Source of the DNA: a virus
Taxonomy: Duplodnaviria; Caudoviricetes
Virus record (IMG/VR): IMGVR_UViG_3300017651_000176
Coordinates: 1 to 54,185 of that record
DNA length: 54,185 nt
Strand: one strand, 5' to 3'
The notes under the pieces are model-generated. The model was not told the origin of the DNA, made no database searches, and saw only the letters and a program-made list of their open reading frames with translations. How positions within the stretch are numbered: the stretch's first letter is position 1; the number at the start of each line of letters is the position of its first letter. A program made the position numbers and the translations under genes. Shown piece after piece: positions 17,052 through 25,860 of the stretch.

Positions 17052-18111
17052 TTGGGTCAGGTATTTCTCCGGCAACCACTTTGTCGACCAAACTGGCAAA
17101 GGCATTGGTATCCATGAAGTAGTTCGGGTAGGCCCGACGCAGCGCGTTGATGTTGTCCACAGACACCAAGACCACTTGCCGAGTCGAGCCCTCTGGGATC
17201 AAGCTTTCGAGTTCCGTGTACTTTGCGTTTGCCTGTTCGGAGTGTTTGGCCTTGTAGCGCCAGACAGTAATTCTTGGAGTAGGGGTGGTGCTAGGCTCGA
17301 GCTCAAGCAAAAAGTACTTTGCGTCTTTCGAGTCTCCGACGATTTGGAGGCTGGTGTTATAGACCATCAGCATCTCTTTCACCCGCAGCTCCGTTACCAA
17401 TCCGGCGATCTCCCTGACGAGAGATTTTTTATTGGTAGGTGTGCCGGGAACAGCAGGGGACTTTTCTATTGAAGCAATGGCGGAACCCATTAGGGAAAAA
17501 AACCTCAGCCATTTTTCATCTCCCTGGTTGGATTTCAAGGCCTGTTTAGTAAAAATACCGACAGCTTCGACAGCCGTAGCCCAGGCATGTTGCAATTGTG
17601 TCCTTATCTGCACCTCCACCTTCATCCCGTTATATACAGTGGTGGCCTTTGCTCCGATGTACTCGAAGACTAGATGTACGCATCGATAGCCGTCGGTTTT
17701 CGGGTTAAGGATGTAGTCCTTCTTGCCGCGTAGCTTGTGAGCAAACTTGTTGTTCGTGTACTGATCAACAAGTCGGCGGACACTGACCATTTTTTTTAAA
17801 ATGGCTCGGCAGCCAGCGATATCCTGCATCTGGCTCATGCGCATAGTGGGATGCCTAGACAGCTTGGCGTGGACGGACTCCAAGCGCTTCGTGCGTTGTG
17901 CCACGACAACGTCCCGTTCTAGTTTTCTGGCCTTATTACGCAGGGTAATTTGGAAGGTATTCAGCGGGTACGCATGGGAAGAGCGCCAATTGTTCAATAC
18001 CGTTAGCGCCAACAACCCTTCGTCGTCAACGACCGGAAATTCCAGATGCGCCAACATTCGGCCAGCTCGATTGAGGGATTCGGTGTCATGCTGAGGAATT
18101 GCCCAATCCAT
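17014..18111 (-). CDS. capRel: Fused CapRel-type toxic small alarmone synthetase (toxSAS), anti-phage defence
   Basis: RelA/SpoT synthetase motifs QRTKR...QDIAGCR...DY...GYRCVH...EVQIRTQLQHAWATAVE plus C-terminal LRRAYPNYF (YxxY) autoinhibitory signature; low GC; downstream of cI. Confidence 0.85.
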   Translation of the reverse strand: MDWAIPQHDTESLNRAGRMLAHLEFPVVDDEGLLALTVLNNWRSSHAYPLNTFQITLRNKARKLERDVVVAQRTKRLESVHAKLSRHPTMRMSQMQDIAGCRAILKKMVSVRRLVDQYTNNKFAHKLRGKKDYILNPKTDGYRCVHLVFEYIGAKATTVYNGMKVEVQIRTQLQHAWATAVEAVGIFTKQALKSNQGDEKWLRFFSLMGSAIASIEKSPAVPGTPTNKKSLVREIAGLVTELRVKEMLMVYNTSLQIVGDSKDAKYFLLELEPSTTPTPRITVWRYKAKHSEQANAKYTELESLIPEGSTRQVVLVSVDNINALRRAYPNYFMDTNAFASLVDKVVAGEIPDPIIPQQTKPAMTP

Positions 18112-18202
18112 CTTCTCAGTTTCCAGTAATATTAATTATCGATCTCATTATTGGTTTAGCGATAGCTGCCTTCGCGATCTCTTGAATTAATATTAGGCAG
18201 CT

Positions 18203-19270
18203 TCAGCCCCGCACCCACTGCCCCGCCTCATCATCGCGCAGCCTGGCGCCCGCCCATACGACCTGGCCTAGCACGCGGACAGGGTGGCCGTTCTCCAGCG
18301 GGATATCGGGATAGGTCGGGTTGAACGAACGAGCCACCCAGCGCTTCGTCAGACGATCACGGGTTACGGTCTTCACGATCATCTTGCCGTCATAGTTGAT
18401 GGCATAGACTCCGCCGGCGGCGATGTCTCGTAGCGTCAAGGTTTCGTTCGGGACGACAAGGAGGGCGGCGCCATCGCGGATGACGGGTTCCATGCTGTCG
18501 CCTTTCGCATACACAACGCGGGCCTTGCCGTTGTCCGCGCCTACGGCCTTAAGGAACGAGCGGCGGAACTGAATCATCCCCGTCTGCTCTTCGGCGTGGT
18601 TTTCGATCGGATCGCCGGCTGCCAAGCGCACGTCCGCCAGTTCGGGCACCTTCTCGAATCTGTCGTTGGCGGCAGGCGGCTCGCCCACTCCGACATTTGC
18701 GATCACACCTGTCTGCGTGCTGATACGGACCTTGCGGTCCCGCTCCGCTTGGAATGTGGTCGCGCCGCTTTCCCAGGGGGCAGGCGGCAAGCCTTCGATG
18801 CGCATGGGGAACGGATCATCCGCGGCATCCAAGTCTACGAGCGAGCCCGGGGCGTTCGGCGAGTTCGCAGGGGGCGGAGGCTTCGAAACCGTGATGCCGA
18901 GTTTCATTTGAGCGATCGCCAATGCGATCGCCCCTTCCAATGCGTTCAGCTTCTCCGGGGGCAGGGCTCGGATGGAGGCTTCAGATATCGACGCGAAGGG
19001 CCATTTCTGGGGCGGCGTATCGCGCTCCTGGACGGGGGGCGTTGCGCTGGCGCTGTCGGTTGAGTTTTCGTTGTGACCCGTTTCCAGAAAAGTCAGCGAA
19101 ACACCCAGGGCCTCGGCCAACAATCTGCCGTGACGAGTATTGCCCCCGCCCTCAATTTTCTTGATAGCGACTTGCGAAATCCCCACCCGACGGGCGAGCT
19201 CAGCCTGCGAGATCTGTAGCTGCTCGCGGCGCTCCTTAACCCGAGACGCAAAAGTGGAGGGGGAATTCAT
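18203..19270 (-). CDS. cI: CI repressor (HTH plus S24 peptidase)
   Basis: ISQAELARRVGISQVAIKKIE HTH; LAAG cleavage site; GDSMEP Ser; IVKTV Lys. Confidence 0.93.
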   Translation of the reverse strand: MNSPSTFASRVKERREQLQISQAELARRVGISQVAIKKIEGGGNTRHGRLLAEALGVSLTFLETGHNENSTDSASATPPVQERDTPPQKWPFASISEASIRALPPEKLNALEGAIALAIAQMKLGITVSKPPPPANSPNAPGSLVDLDAADDPFPMRIEGLPPAPWESGATTFQAERDRKVRISTQTGVIANVGVGEPPAANDRFEKVPELADVRLAAGDPIENHAEEQTGMIQFRRSFLKAVGADNGKARVVYAKGDSMEPVIRDGAALLVVPNETLTLRDIAAGGVYAINYDGKMIVKTVTRDRLTKRWVARSFNPTYPDIPLENGHPVRVLGQVVWAGARLRDDEAGQWVRG

Positions 19271-19281
19271 GGCGGCATCCT

Positions 19282-19348
19282 ATAACCGTGGTTGTTATGG
19301 GTCAAAGAACCATGGTTATTGACGTATCAATAACCATGGTTATAAGAT
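19282..19348. promoter_or_regulatory. OR operators (three) with pR
   Basis: ATAACCGTGGTTGT (19282), AGAACCATGGTTAT (19306), ATAACCATGGTTAT (19330) at 24-bp period; TTGACG -35 at 19319 and TATAAG/TAAGAT -10. Confidence 0.88.
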
Positions 19349-19356
19349 GGCGTCCT

Positions 19357-19620
19357 ATGCATACCCAGAACCCATCTCGCCCCGCAATCGAAAAGGCTAT
19401 CCGCTTGGCGGGGTCTCAGGCCGCGCTCGGCCGACTAGTCGGGAAGAAGCAACCTCACATCCACAAATGGTTGAACAGCAAGAACGCACTGAAGGCCGAT
19501 CACTGCGTCCTTCTTGAAGACCGGATAGGGGTTACACGCCAAGAACTCCGGCCGCTGGACTATTGGGTCGTCTGGCCAGAGCTTCAACGTCCCCAGGTCG
19601 AGGAGTCCTCCCATGCGTAG
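19357..19620 (+). CDS. cro: Cro/YdaS-family repressor
   Basis: AIEKAIRLAGSQAALGRLVG...GVTRQELRP; divergent from cI. Confidence 0.88.
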   Translation: MHTQNPSRPAIEKAIRLAGSQAALGRLVGKKQPHIHKWLNSKNALKADHCVLLEDRIGVTRQELRPLDYWVVWPELQRPQVEESSHA

Positions 19621-19843
19621 CGCTGTCATCCTTGACCGCTTCGCCAACTGGTTCTGCAGCCAGATGTGGGTTTGGGGCTGGGCCGAGAAGCGCGGGAGTC
19701 GCCTTGCTGTCCGGACGTGCCGGCTTTGTATGGCTCGTGGGGTAGGCGTGTCCATACGGTGGGCCCACCTGGTTGGCAAGCTGGATCTCAACGACGCCTT
19801 AGCTGATCACGCGGCACCATGCGAGGTTCGCCGACATGCGTAG
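19613..19843 (+). CDS. Phage hypothetical protein
   Basis: GAGGAG RBS, overlaps cro end. Confidence 0.45.
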   Translation: MRSAVILDRFANWFCSQMWVWGWAEKRGSRLAVRTCRLCMARGVGVSIRWAHLVGKLDLNDALADHAAPCEVRRHA

Positions 19844-20180
19844 TCAGCCAGTGTGTAGCGGCGGCGTCTTTTCGCGCCATCCAGTCTTGGCCAATTTCCA
19901 GGACCAACATGTCCTTGAGCGCTTCGCTGCGTTCATGGTCAAGCCCAGCGATAGCGCGATTCCATATCGACGCGGCCACAAGTTCGGTTTCTACAAGGAT
20001 GCCGATGCCTTTGGAGTCGATCCACAAGGGATTGGATTTCGGATCCACGTCCTTTTTGATGTTCTGCACGACGGCCTGCGTCATGGAAAGGCTGTCCTTG
20101 CCAGCAGACAGCAGAACCAGAAATTGCCGTTTTTCGGAAGTAGAGGTGGCGTCGTCGTCGCCAAACGGATTCTCGGTCAT
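19788..20180 (-). CDS. Inverted accessory protein, possible ferredoxin-like (Cas2/VapD-like) fold
   Basis: RBS GGAGAGGA; alternating beta/alpha pattern ending DMLVLEIGQDW...HWLTTH; fold is a guess. Confidence 0.6.
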   Translation of the reverse strand: MTENPFGDDDATSTSEKRQFLVLLSAGKDSLSMTQAVVQNIKKDVDPKSNPLWIDSKGIGILVETELVAASIWNRAIAGLDHERSEALKDMLVLEIGQDWMARKDAAATHWLTTHVGEPRMVPRDQLRRR

Positions 20181-20499
20181 GGTCGGTCCTCTCCTGTGGG
20201 GGCGAGTGTGTTGTGTGAGAGCAATCATTCTAAAGGGCCGGCCGCCAGTTTTAAGGAGAGCGCGCATGGATAGCGCACCGAAGGATTGTCAAAGACCGCG
20301 CTACTGAGCGGTGGGTGCCGGTGACCGACTGGTTTTTCAATGGAACAGCCGATGCACCCAGCGAAGCCGCGGCCGCATCGCCGAAGCAGGATGAAATGGT
20401 CCAGATCGGGCCGCTCGACGTGTAGGGCGCAATTCGTATTTCCATGCGGCGCATCGTAAAGCCGCTGATCAGCAATTAATACGTTCAGGAAGTGACCCG

Positions 20500-20943
20500 A
20501 TGAACACCCAAGACGCCGCGTACCACACAGTCCACGACTACACCGGCGGTAGCGAATCCCTGGCCCCGCGTATCGGGATGTCGGCGGCCGTGCTGCGCAA
20601 CAAGGTGAACCCCAACAACGAAACGCACCACCTTACCTTTGCCGAGGCGCAGCGCATTGTCGCGATGACCGGCGACGCGAGGATGTTGCGGGCCTGGGCG
20701 CATCAAGAAGGCTTTCTGCTTCTCAAGGCCCCGGCAGGGCGCGGCGAGACCGACATGTCCGTCCTGGAGAGCGTGGTCGAAACGGGCATGGCGCACGGCC
20801 ATTTCATGCAGTCCATCTATGCGGCATTGGCTGACGGAAAGGTGGATAACGGCGAGGTCCGGGAAATTCGCCAGGCCGAGCGCACGCTGCAAACCGCCGC
20901 GGCCACCGTGACGATGCGCATGGCGGGGATGGCCGAGGAATGA
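20500..20943 (+). CDS. cII: Phage regulatory CII family protein
   Basis: AAYHTVHDYTGGSESLAPRIGMSAAVLRNKVNPNNETHHLT...ALADGKVD. Confidence 0.85.
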   Translation: MNTQDAAYHTVHDYTGGSESLAPRIGMSAAVLRNKVNPNNETHHLTFAEAQRIVAMTGDARMLRAWAHQEGFLLLKAPAGRGETDMSVLESVVETGMAHGHFMQSIYAALADGKVDNGEVREIRQAERTLQTAAATVTMRMAGMAEE

Positions 20944-21347
20944 AGGGCATCGCACCGAACGCCACGGAAAAGCGGTTCCATGACCTGCTTTGTAGCGTCG
21001 TGGGCTGCGCCGCCTGCCGTTTTGGGCACGGCGTCGTCACGCACCATGTGAGCGTGCATCACCAGCGGGGCCGCGTGCGGCCGATGGCGCAGTACTTCGT
21101 GTTGCCGCTGTGTGCCGGCCACCACCAGAAGGGCACGGGGGCGCGCTGGATGCTGGCGGTACATGAGGACAAGGCCTCCTTTATCGCTCGGTACGGAAGC
21201 CAGGAGCACCTCCTGAACCGGTCCGTGTTGCTCTTGCTCGCGCTGGGGCATTTCGTGCCGCCGCTGGCGCTCGAGGCCGCAGGCATTGACCCAGACGACG
21301 CCGTGCAGGCGCTGGCGATGCGGCAGCAAGCCTGGGGCGGCGTATGA
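20940..21347 (+). CDS. Ref-like HNH nuclease
   Basis: GCAAC...VHH...LPLCAGHH Zn/HNH pattern. Confidence 0.75.
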   Translation: MKGIAPNATEKRFHDLLCSVVGCAACRFGHGVVTHHVSVHHQRGRVRPMAQYFVLPLCAGHHQKGTGARWMLAVHEDKASFIARYGSQEHLLNRSVLLLLALGHFVPPLALEAAGIDPDDAVQALAMRQQAWGGV

Positions 21348-21622
21348 ATGTCCACGGATACGAGGTCCCCGACGACGCCATCGACGCGGCCTGGGAATAC
21401 ATGCGCGCCGGCAAGACGTTCGACTGCAGTGCGCTCGCCAAGGTGATCGGTCGCTGGTTTCCTTTCCGCAAGACCACGATGAGCAGGGAAGGGCATTCGA
21501 CCGTTTGCCACGACGCCGCATACCGCCTGATGCGGGAAGCCCGTACGGACCTTGAGCTGGTACGGCGCGGCTTCCGTAATGAACACCACCACTACCGCTG
21601 GCGTACGCGCCCTGAACAGTAG
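21344..21622 (+). CDS. Phage hypothetical protein
   Basis: 92 aa, coupled start/stop. Confidence 0.6.
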   Translation: MNVHGYEVPDDAIDAAWEYMRAGKTFDCSALAKVIGRWFPFRKTTMSREGHSTVCHDAAYRLMREARTDLELVRRGFRNEHHHYRWRTRPEQ

Positions 21623-21630
21623 GAGCCTAG

Positions 21631-22389
21631 ATGAACGCGCTCATCATTTCCACCACCGCCATTCGCCAGGACGCGGCAGGGCGCTTTAGCCTGAACGACC
21701 TGCACCGGGCCGCCGGCGGAGAGCCGCGCCACCAGCCGGCCAACTGGCTGCGCCTGCAACACACGCAGGACATGGTTGCCGAACTGGCCGGCGGCGAGAT
21801 TCCTCAGAACCGAGGAATCGAATCAAAACAAGGACTTGGCACGTTCGTTGTCCGCGAGCTGGTCTACGCCTATGCGATGTGGATTAGCCCGGCGTTCCAG
21901 CTGCGCGTGATCCGCGCCTTCGACGCGTTGCACCAGGGGGCGCCGGCAGTGCCGCAGGACTTCGCCGCCGCCTTGCGCCTGGCTGCCGACCAGCAGGACG
22001 AGATCCTGCGTCAGCGCGAGGAGCTGATCGCCCAGCGGCCCAAGGTGGAGTTTGCCGAGGCCGTACGCAGCACCGTGGACGCCATCAGCATCAGCGACAT
22101 GGCGAAGCTGCTGGGCACGGGCCAGAACCGCCTGTTCCGCCAGCTGCGCGCCGACCACATCCTGCTGGAGGACAACAAGCCGTACCAAGAGTATCTGGAC
22201 CGCGGCTATTTCCGTCTGATCGAAATGCCCTGGCGTGACGCGGATCAACAGGTGCACGTGTCGTTCAAGACCCTCGTCACCGGGAAGGGCCAGGTGTGGC
22301 TCCAGCGCCGTTATGGCGTGGCCGCCACCTCCATGCCTTCCCAAGCCTTGACGTGCCGCCCCAGCAGGCCGTCGCACGCCACTGCATAG
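21631..22389 (+). CDS. KilA-N plus KilAC (ANT) antirepressor
   Basis: IRQDAAGRFSLNDLHRAAG...YAYAMWISPAF; PKVEFAEAV...GQNRLF...VTGKGQVWL. Confidence 0.9.
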   Translation: MNALIISTTAIRQDAAGRFSLNDLHRAAGGEPRHQPANWLRLQHTQDMVAELAGGEIPQNRGIESKQGLGTFVVRELVYAYAMWISPAFQLRVIRAFDALHQGAPAVPQDFAAALRLAADQQDEILRQREELIAQRPKVEFAEAVRSTVDAISISDMAKLLGTGQNRLFRQLRADHILLEDNKPYQEYLDRGYFRLIEMPWRDADQQVHVSFKTLVTGKGQVWLQRRYGVAATSMPSQALTCRPSRPSHATA

Positions 22390-22397
22390 GATTCCCC

Positions 22398-23210
22398 ATG
22401 AGCACCATAGTTATGTCGGCCTGCTGGCCGTTGCAAACCAAGACACCGGCCCAGAAGGCGGTGCTGATCAGCCTGGCGGATAACGCCAACGATGAGGGCG
22501 TCTGCTGGCCGTCTGTTGCTCGGATCGCCGAGCGGACGTGCCTGTCGGAGCGCGCCGTCCAAGACGCTATCAAGTGGCTCATCAAGCACGGCGCGATTGC
22601 GGCGACTGGCCGGACTGGGCGCTCTACGGTCTACACCGTGACCCCCGCGAGATATGCACCCCCGCAGGATTTGCACCCCCGCAGCAAATGCACCCCCGCA
22701 GAAGCTGCACCCCCGCAGCAGGTGCACCCCACCCCCGCAGGATCTGCACCCCCACCCCCGCAGCATCTGCACCCCACCCCCGCAGCATCTGCACCCAGAA
22801 CCGTAAAGGAACCTACAGAAGAACCGTCAGGGAACCGCCAAGCGGGCGCCGAAGCGCCCCCCAGGCCTAGCCACCTGACTGCGGAACAGGCCGCCCGGCT
22901 CAACAAGGACGAACTCTGGCAGGCGGGCAAGTCCCTGCTGAACCAGCTGGGCGGCATTCCGCTGGAGCAGTGTGGGGCGTACGTGGGCAAGCTGGTCAAG
23001 GACTACGGCGCCGACACGGTCATGGAGGCCGTGCGCCAGGCCGTGGTGGAGCGACCCGCTGAACCCCGCTCGTACCTGATGGCCACCTGCAAGTCCATCC
23101 GTGCTGGACGGCCGGCGGGCGTGGGCAACAAGAACCGGCAGGAGCAACTGGAGGAGCGCAACCGGCAGGCCGCTTTGGCCGCAGCACGCGGCGAAGGGGG
23201 GGCGGAATGA
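22398..23210 (+). CDS. Replication initiator (O-like, HTH_36)
   Basis: KAVLISLADNANDEGVCWPSVARIAERTCLSERAV; internal iteron array. Confidence 0.85.
   Translation: MSTIVMSACWPLQTKTPAQKAVLISLADNANDEGVCWPSVARIAERTCLSERAVQDAIKWLIKHGAIAATGRTGRSTVYTVTPARYAPPQDLHPRSKCTPAEAAPPQQVHPTPAGSAPPPPQHLHPTPAASAPRTVKEPTEEPSGNRQAGAEAPPRPSHLTAEQAARLNKDELWQAGKSLLNQLGGIPLEQCGAYVGKLVKDYGADTVMEAVRQAVVERPAEPRSYLMATCKSIRAGRPAGVGNKNRQEQLEERNRQAALAAARGEGGAE
22641..22796 (+). repeat. Replication origin iterons (8 copies of CCGCAGnnnnTGCACCC)
   Basis: Eight 17-bp cores, first one degenerate, inside the initiator gene as in lambdoid ori. Confidence 0.85.
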
Positions 23211-23887
23211 TCGAGTCCGACAAGTCCGCTCTGTTCGAGCTCGTAGGCAACGTGTATTCGTTCTACGCCCGGGAAGCGTCCGTCTTTGTGTTCAACGTCT
23301 GGTGGGAGGCCGTGAAAGCGTACGACCTGGACGCGGTATCGCAGGCTTTCAGCCGGCACTGCGCCAACCCCGATTCCGGCCAGTACCTGCCGAAGCCGGC
23401 CGACGTGGTGAAGATGCTGCACGGCTCCACCCAGGACACGGCCTTGCAGGCCTGGGCAAAGGTCGATCGCACGATCCGCAGCGTGGGCACCTGGGCGAGC
23501 GTAGCCTTTGACGACCCGCTCATCCACCGCGTGGTGCACGACATGGGCGGCTGGGCCACGCTGGGGCGCAAGGAAGAGCGGGAATGGCCGTTTCTCGCCA
23601 ACGAGTTCGTGAACCGCTACCGCGGCTACCGGGGGCGCAGCGAGCGGCCCGAATACCCGCCCGTCCTGCTGGGCGATACGGACGCGCATAACGGGCGGAT
23701 CGGCGCCGCAGCCAGCGCGCCGGTACTGGTCGGCGATGCGGCGCGCGCCGCTGCGGTCATGGCCGGGGGCGCATGCAGGCCGCTGGTGGAGTTCCATCGG
23801 CCGGAAGTGTTGGCGCTGGGGGCGCAGCCTCGCCAGGCCTTGCCGGCGGCGGCTCGGACTGATGAAGAAGTGGCGGTGCTGGCATGA
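23207..23887 (+). CDS. Replication-associated protein (DUF6475-like, P position)
   Basis: YLPKPADVV...VAFDDPLIHRVVHDMGGW...EFVNRY. Confidence 0.75.
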   Translation: MIESDKSALFELVGNVYSFYAREASVFVFNVWWEAVKAYDLDAVSQAFSRHCANPDSGQYLPKPADVVKMLHGSTQDTALQAWAKVDRTIRSVGTWASVAFDDPLIHRVVHDMGGWATLGRKEEREWPFLANEFVNRYRGYRGRSERPEYPPVLLGDTDAHNGRIGAAASAPVLVGDAARAAAVMAGGACRPLVEFHRPEVLALGAQPRQALPAAARTDEEVAVLA

Positions 23888-24294
23888 CGCGGATGACGGT
23901 TGAGCAATTGGCCGAGTACCGGCGTCTGCAAGCCCAGGACCTGGCGCGGAAGCGCTTCCAGGCCCTGGGCCGGCTGCCGAAGGCCAAGATGAACAACACC
24001 GAGAAAGCGTATTCCCTGCGCCTGGAGGCGATGCGCCAGCGCGGAGAGGTGCTGGGCTGGTTGTTCCATCCGATCCGGGTCCGGCTGGCCGATGCGACGT
24101 TCTACGAGGTGGACTTCCTGGTCCTGCACGCAGACATGCGGATTGCAATCCACGAGGTGAAGGGAGGGCATACGACGGACAAAGGCCAGCTCAAGATCAA
24201 GCTGTGCGCCGAGGTGCTGCCCTGGTTCGTGATCTACAAGGCCGTCAAGCAGCCAGAGAGGCTCGGGGGCGGCTGGAAATTGGAGGAGTACTGA
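23884..24294 (+). CDS. PD-(D/E)XK endonuclease (DUF1064-like)
   Basis: MNNTEKAY...YEVDFLV...HEVKG. Confidence 0.75.
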   Translation: MTRMTVEQLAEYRRLQAQDLARKRFQALGRLPKAKMNNTEKAYSLRLEAMRQRGEVLGWLFHPIRVRLADATFYEVDFLVLHADMRIAIHEVKGGHTTDKGQLKIKLCAEVLPWFVIYKAVKQPERLGGGWKLEEY

Positions 24295-24297
24295 TGC

Positions 24298-24708
24298 ATG
24301 GAACTGCGCAACAGATCTACCGCGCCCTTGGAGGGCGGCAGCGCGGCATATTCCTCAAGGCCTATGCCCGGCTCAACGGCGACGAGGCAGTCCGCGCCAT
24401 CGATCCCGAATACGGCGTCCGAGCAATGGCGCAGGGAATGCGAAGCGAGGCATGTGCTGTCTCTGCCGTTCCCGATGCGCAGGCCGTACCTGGATCGGAT
24501 CGGGAAGGTGCGGGGGGCGGCTGCCTTGAAGGAACTGGAGGGCGAGGTGCGGCGGCAGTATGGCCTGCGACCGCAGCCGGGGGCGCGCGATGCAGCTAAG
24601 TCGATCCCTCGCCCTGCTCAGGGGGCAAACGGCCGTAGCGCAAAAGGTATACGCAGTCCTGCCGGCCAAGCCGGGCACCGAGTACACGCCCGCGGATATC
24701 GCCCGTGA
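24298..24708 (+). CDS. Phage hypothetical protein
   Basis: SEQWRRECEARHVL...RRPYL...RG resembles recurrent phage proteins; competing frame 24294-24599. Confidence 0.5.
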   Translation: MELRNRSTAPLEGGSAAYSSRPMPGSTATRQSAPSIPNTASEQWRRECEARHVLSLPFPMRRPYLDRIGKVRGAAALKELEGEVRRQYGLRPQPGARDAAKSIPRPAQGANGRSAKGIRSPAGQAGHRVHARGYRP

Positions 24709-25147
24709 ACTGAAAGGGACCACGGGGGCGGGGATGGACATCCACACAATGCGCGGCTGTCTGGCCCGCCTGGTGGATAGCGGATTGGTCCGAGAAGTTG
24801 TGCCGGGCAGGTTCCGGCGAGAGGAAGTAAAGGAGAAAGAAAGCATGAACGTACAGCGCATTGCCACGCCGGCTTTGTCATCCGGGTTGACGACAGCGAA
24901 CGGATCGGCCGCCGGGTTCTCGCCGGGCGCGGTGGCGAACACGGGTAGGGAGCTGGCCCTGAAGGGCGAACCCCTGGAAGTAATCGGCGGCATTTCAGCC
25001 CGGCTGCGGGGCGAAGCCAAAGCGCTGCTCAAGATCGCGGACGAGCTGGACGCGGGGGCAATTGCAATGGCAGAACGAGCACAGAAGCTGACGGAGGAGG
25101 TTGCTACCGTTCGCCAGATCGCAACCCTGCTGAAGGGGCTGGGCTAG
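24590..25147 (+). CDS. Winged-helix protein with C-terminal coiled coil
   Basis: TPADIARELK...GCLARLVDSGLVREVVPGRF. Confidence 0.7.
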   Translation: MQLSRSLALLRGQTAVAQKVYAVLPAKPGTEYTPADIARELKGTTGAGMDIHTMRGCLARLVDSGLVREVVPGRFRREEVKEKESMNVQRIATPALSSGLTTANGSAAGFSPGAVANTGRELALKGEPLEVIGGISARLRGEAKALLKIADELDAGAIAMAERAQKLTEEVATVRQIATLLKGLG

Positions 25148-25160
25148 GCCCGGGGGCGCG

Positions 25161-25520
25161 ATGGCTGACCGAATGGATGCGGATGCAGTTCTCTGGAATT
25201 GGGCGCGCTGGTGCTGGGCAGGCGCGCCGGTGGGCAACATGCTGCATTACGTGCCGGAGACGGAGGACTATTACCCGATTCATGCGGATCAGGCGCAGGC
25301 GGTCGAGCGTCTGCATCAGGCTCTACCGCGCCACGAGGCGATGATCATCATCGCCGAGTATCCGCAGCGTCATGAAAGATTCGCGGGGCTGGAGGCGCAC
25401 CAGCGGCGCACAGCGGCCCTGCGCTGGATTGCCCAGGTGACGGGCAAGGCAATTTCGGCCACCGAATACAGGCTGTATCTGGGGCTTTTCAAGGACAAGG
25501 TGAAACGTGAAGTTTGCTAA
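25161..25520 (+). CDS. Late antiterminator Q-like protein
   Basis: LWNWARW N-terminus; position before terminator and tRNA leader. Confidence 0.6.
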   Translation: MADRMDADAVLWNWARWCWAGAPVGNMLHYVPETEDYYPIHADQAQAVERLHQALPRHEAMIIIAEYPQRHERFAGLEAHQRRTAALRWIAQVTGKAISATEYRLYLGLFKDKVKREVC

Positions 25521-25749
25521 GGAAATCATCGGGTTGATGGCTGCCTATCCAAAGCGCGATTTCAAGATGATCGAGCTGGTGCGGCACGCAACGGGGGCGC
25601 GGGAGCTGGGCCCACGCGAGCGCGAACGAGAGCGCAAGGCGGTTATGCGCGTTCTGGCGCAACTGGCGGATGCTGGCCATGTCTTGCGTCGGCCGACCCG
25701 CAGCGGGGTGCGCAATTCGCTCTGCTATCGCTGGAAAAGTGGGACATGA
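25507..25749 (+). CDS. Small basic wHTH-like protein
   Basis: 80 aa; RKAVMRVLAQLADAGHV...YRW. Confidence 0.65.
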   Translation: MKFAKEIIGLMAAYPKRDFKMIELVRHATGARELGPRERERERKAVMRVLAQLADAGHVLRRPTRSGVRNSLCYRWKSGT

Positions 25750-25823
25750 AGTCCTCGCAAAGTGGGACGTGATCTGGGACAATTCGTCCGTCCACAGGTG
25801 CGTCCACATGAAGCGCACCTGTC

Positions 25824-25860
25824 AACCCGCCAGATGCAAGTCGGCGGGTTTTTATTTTTT
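25824..25860 (+). terminator. Rho-independent terminator (tR'-like)
   Basis: AACCCGCC-N11-GGCGGGTT followed by T-rich tract. Confidence 0.8.

Noticed and set aside
16500-17100. Intact IS1595 insertion sequence
   Set aside because: No DDE domain, terminal inverted repeats or target duplication evident
17014-18111. Housekeeping RelA/SpoT
   Set aside because: No HD hydrolase, TGS or ACT domains; low GC, prophage location and YxxY tail point to fused CapRel
22641-22796. CRISPR array
   Set aside because: 17-bp units with no real spacers, inside the replication initiator, and no cas genes; better explained as iterons
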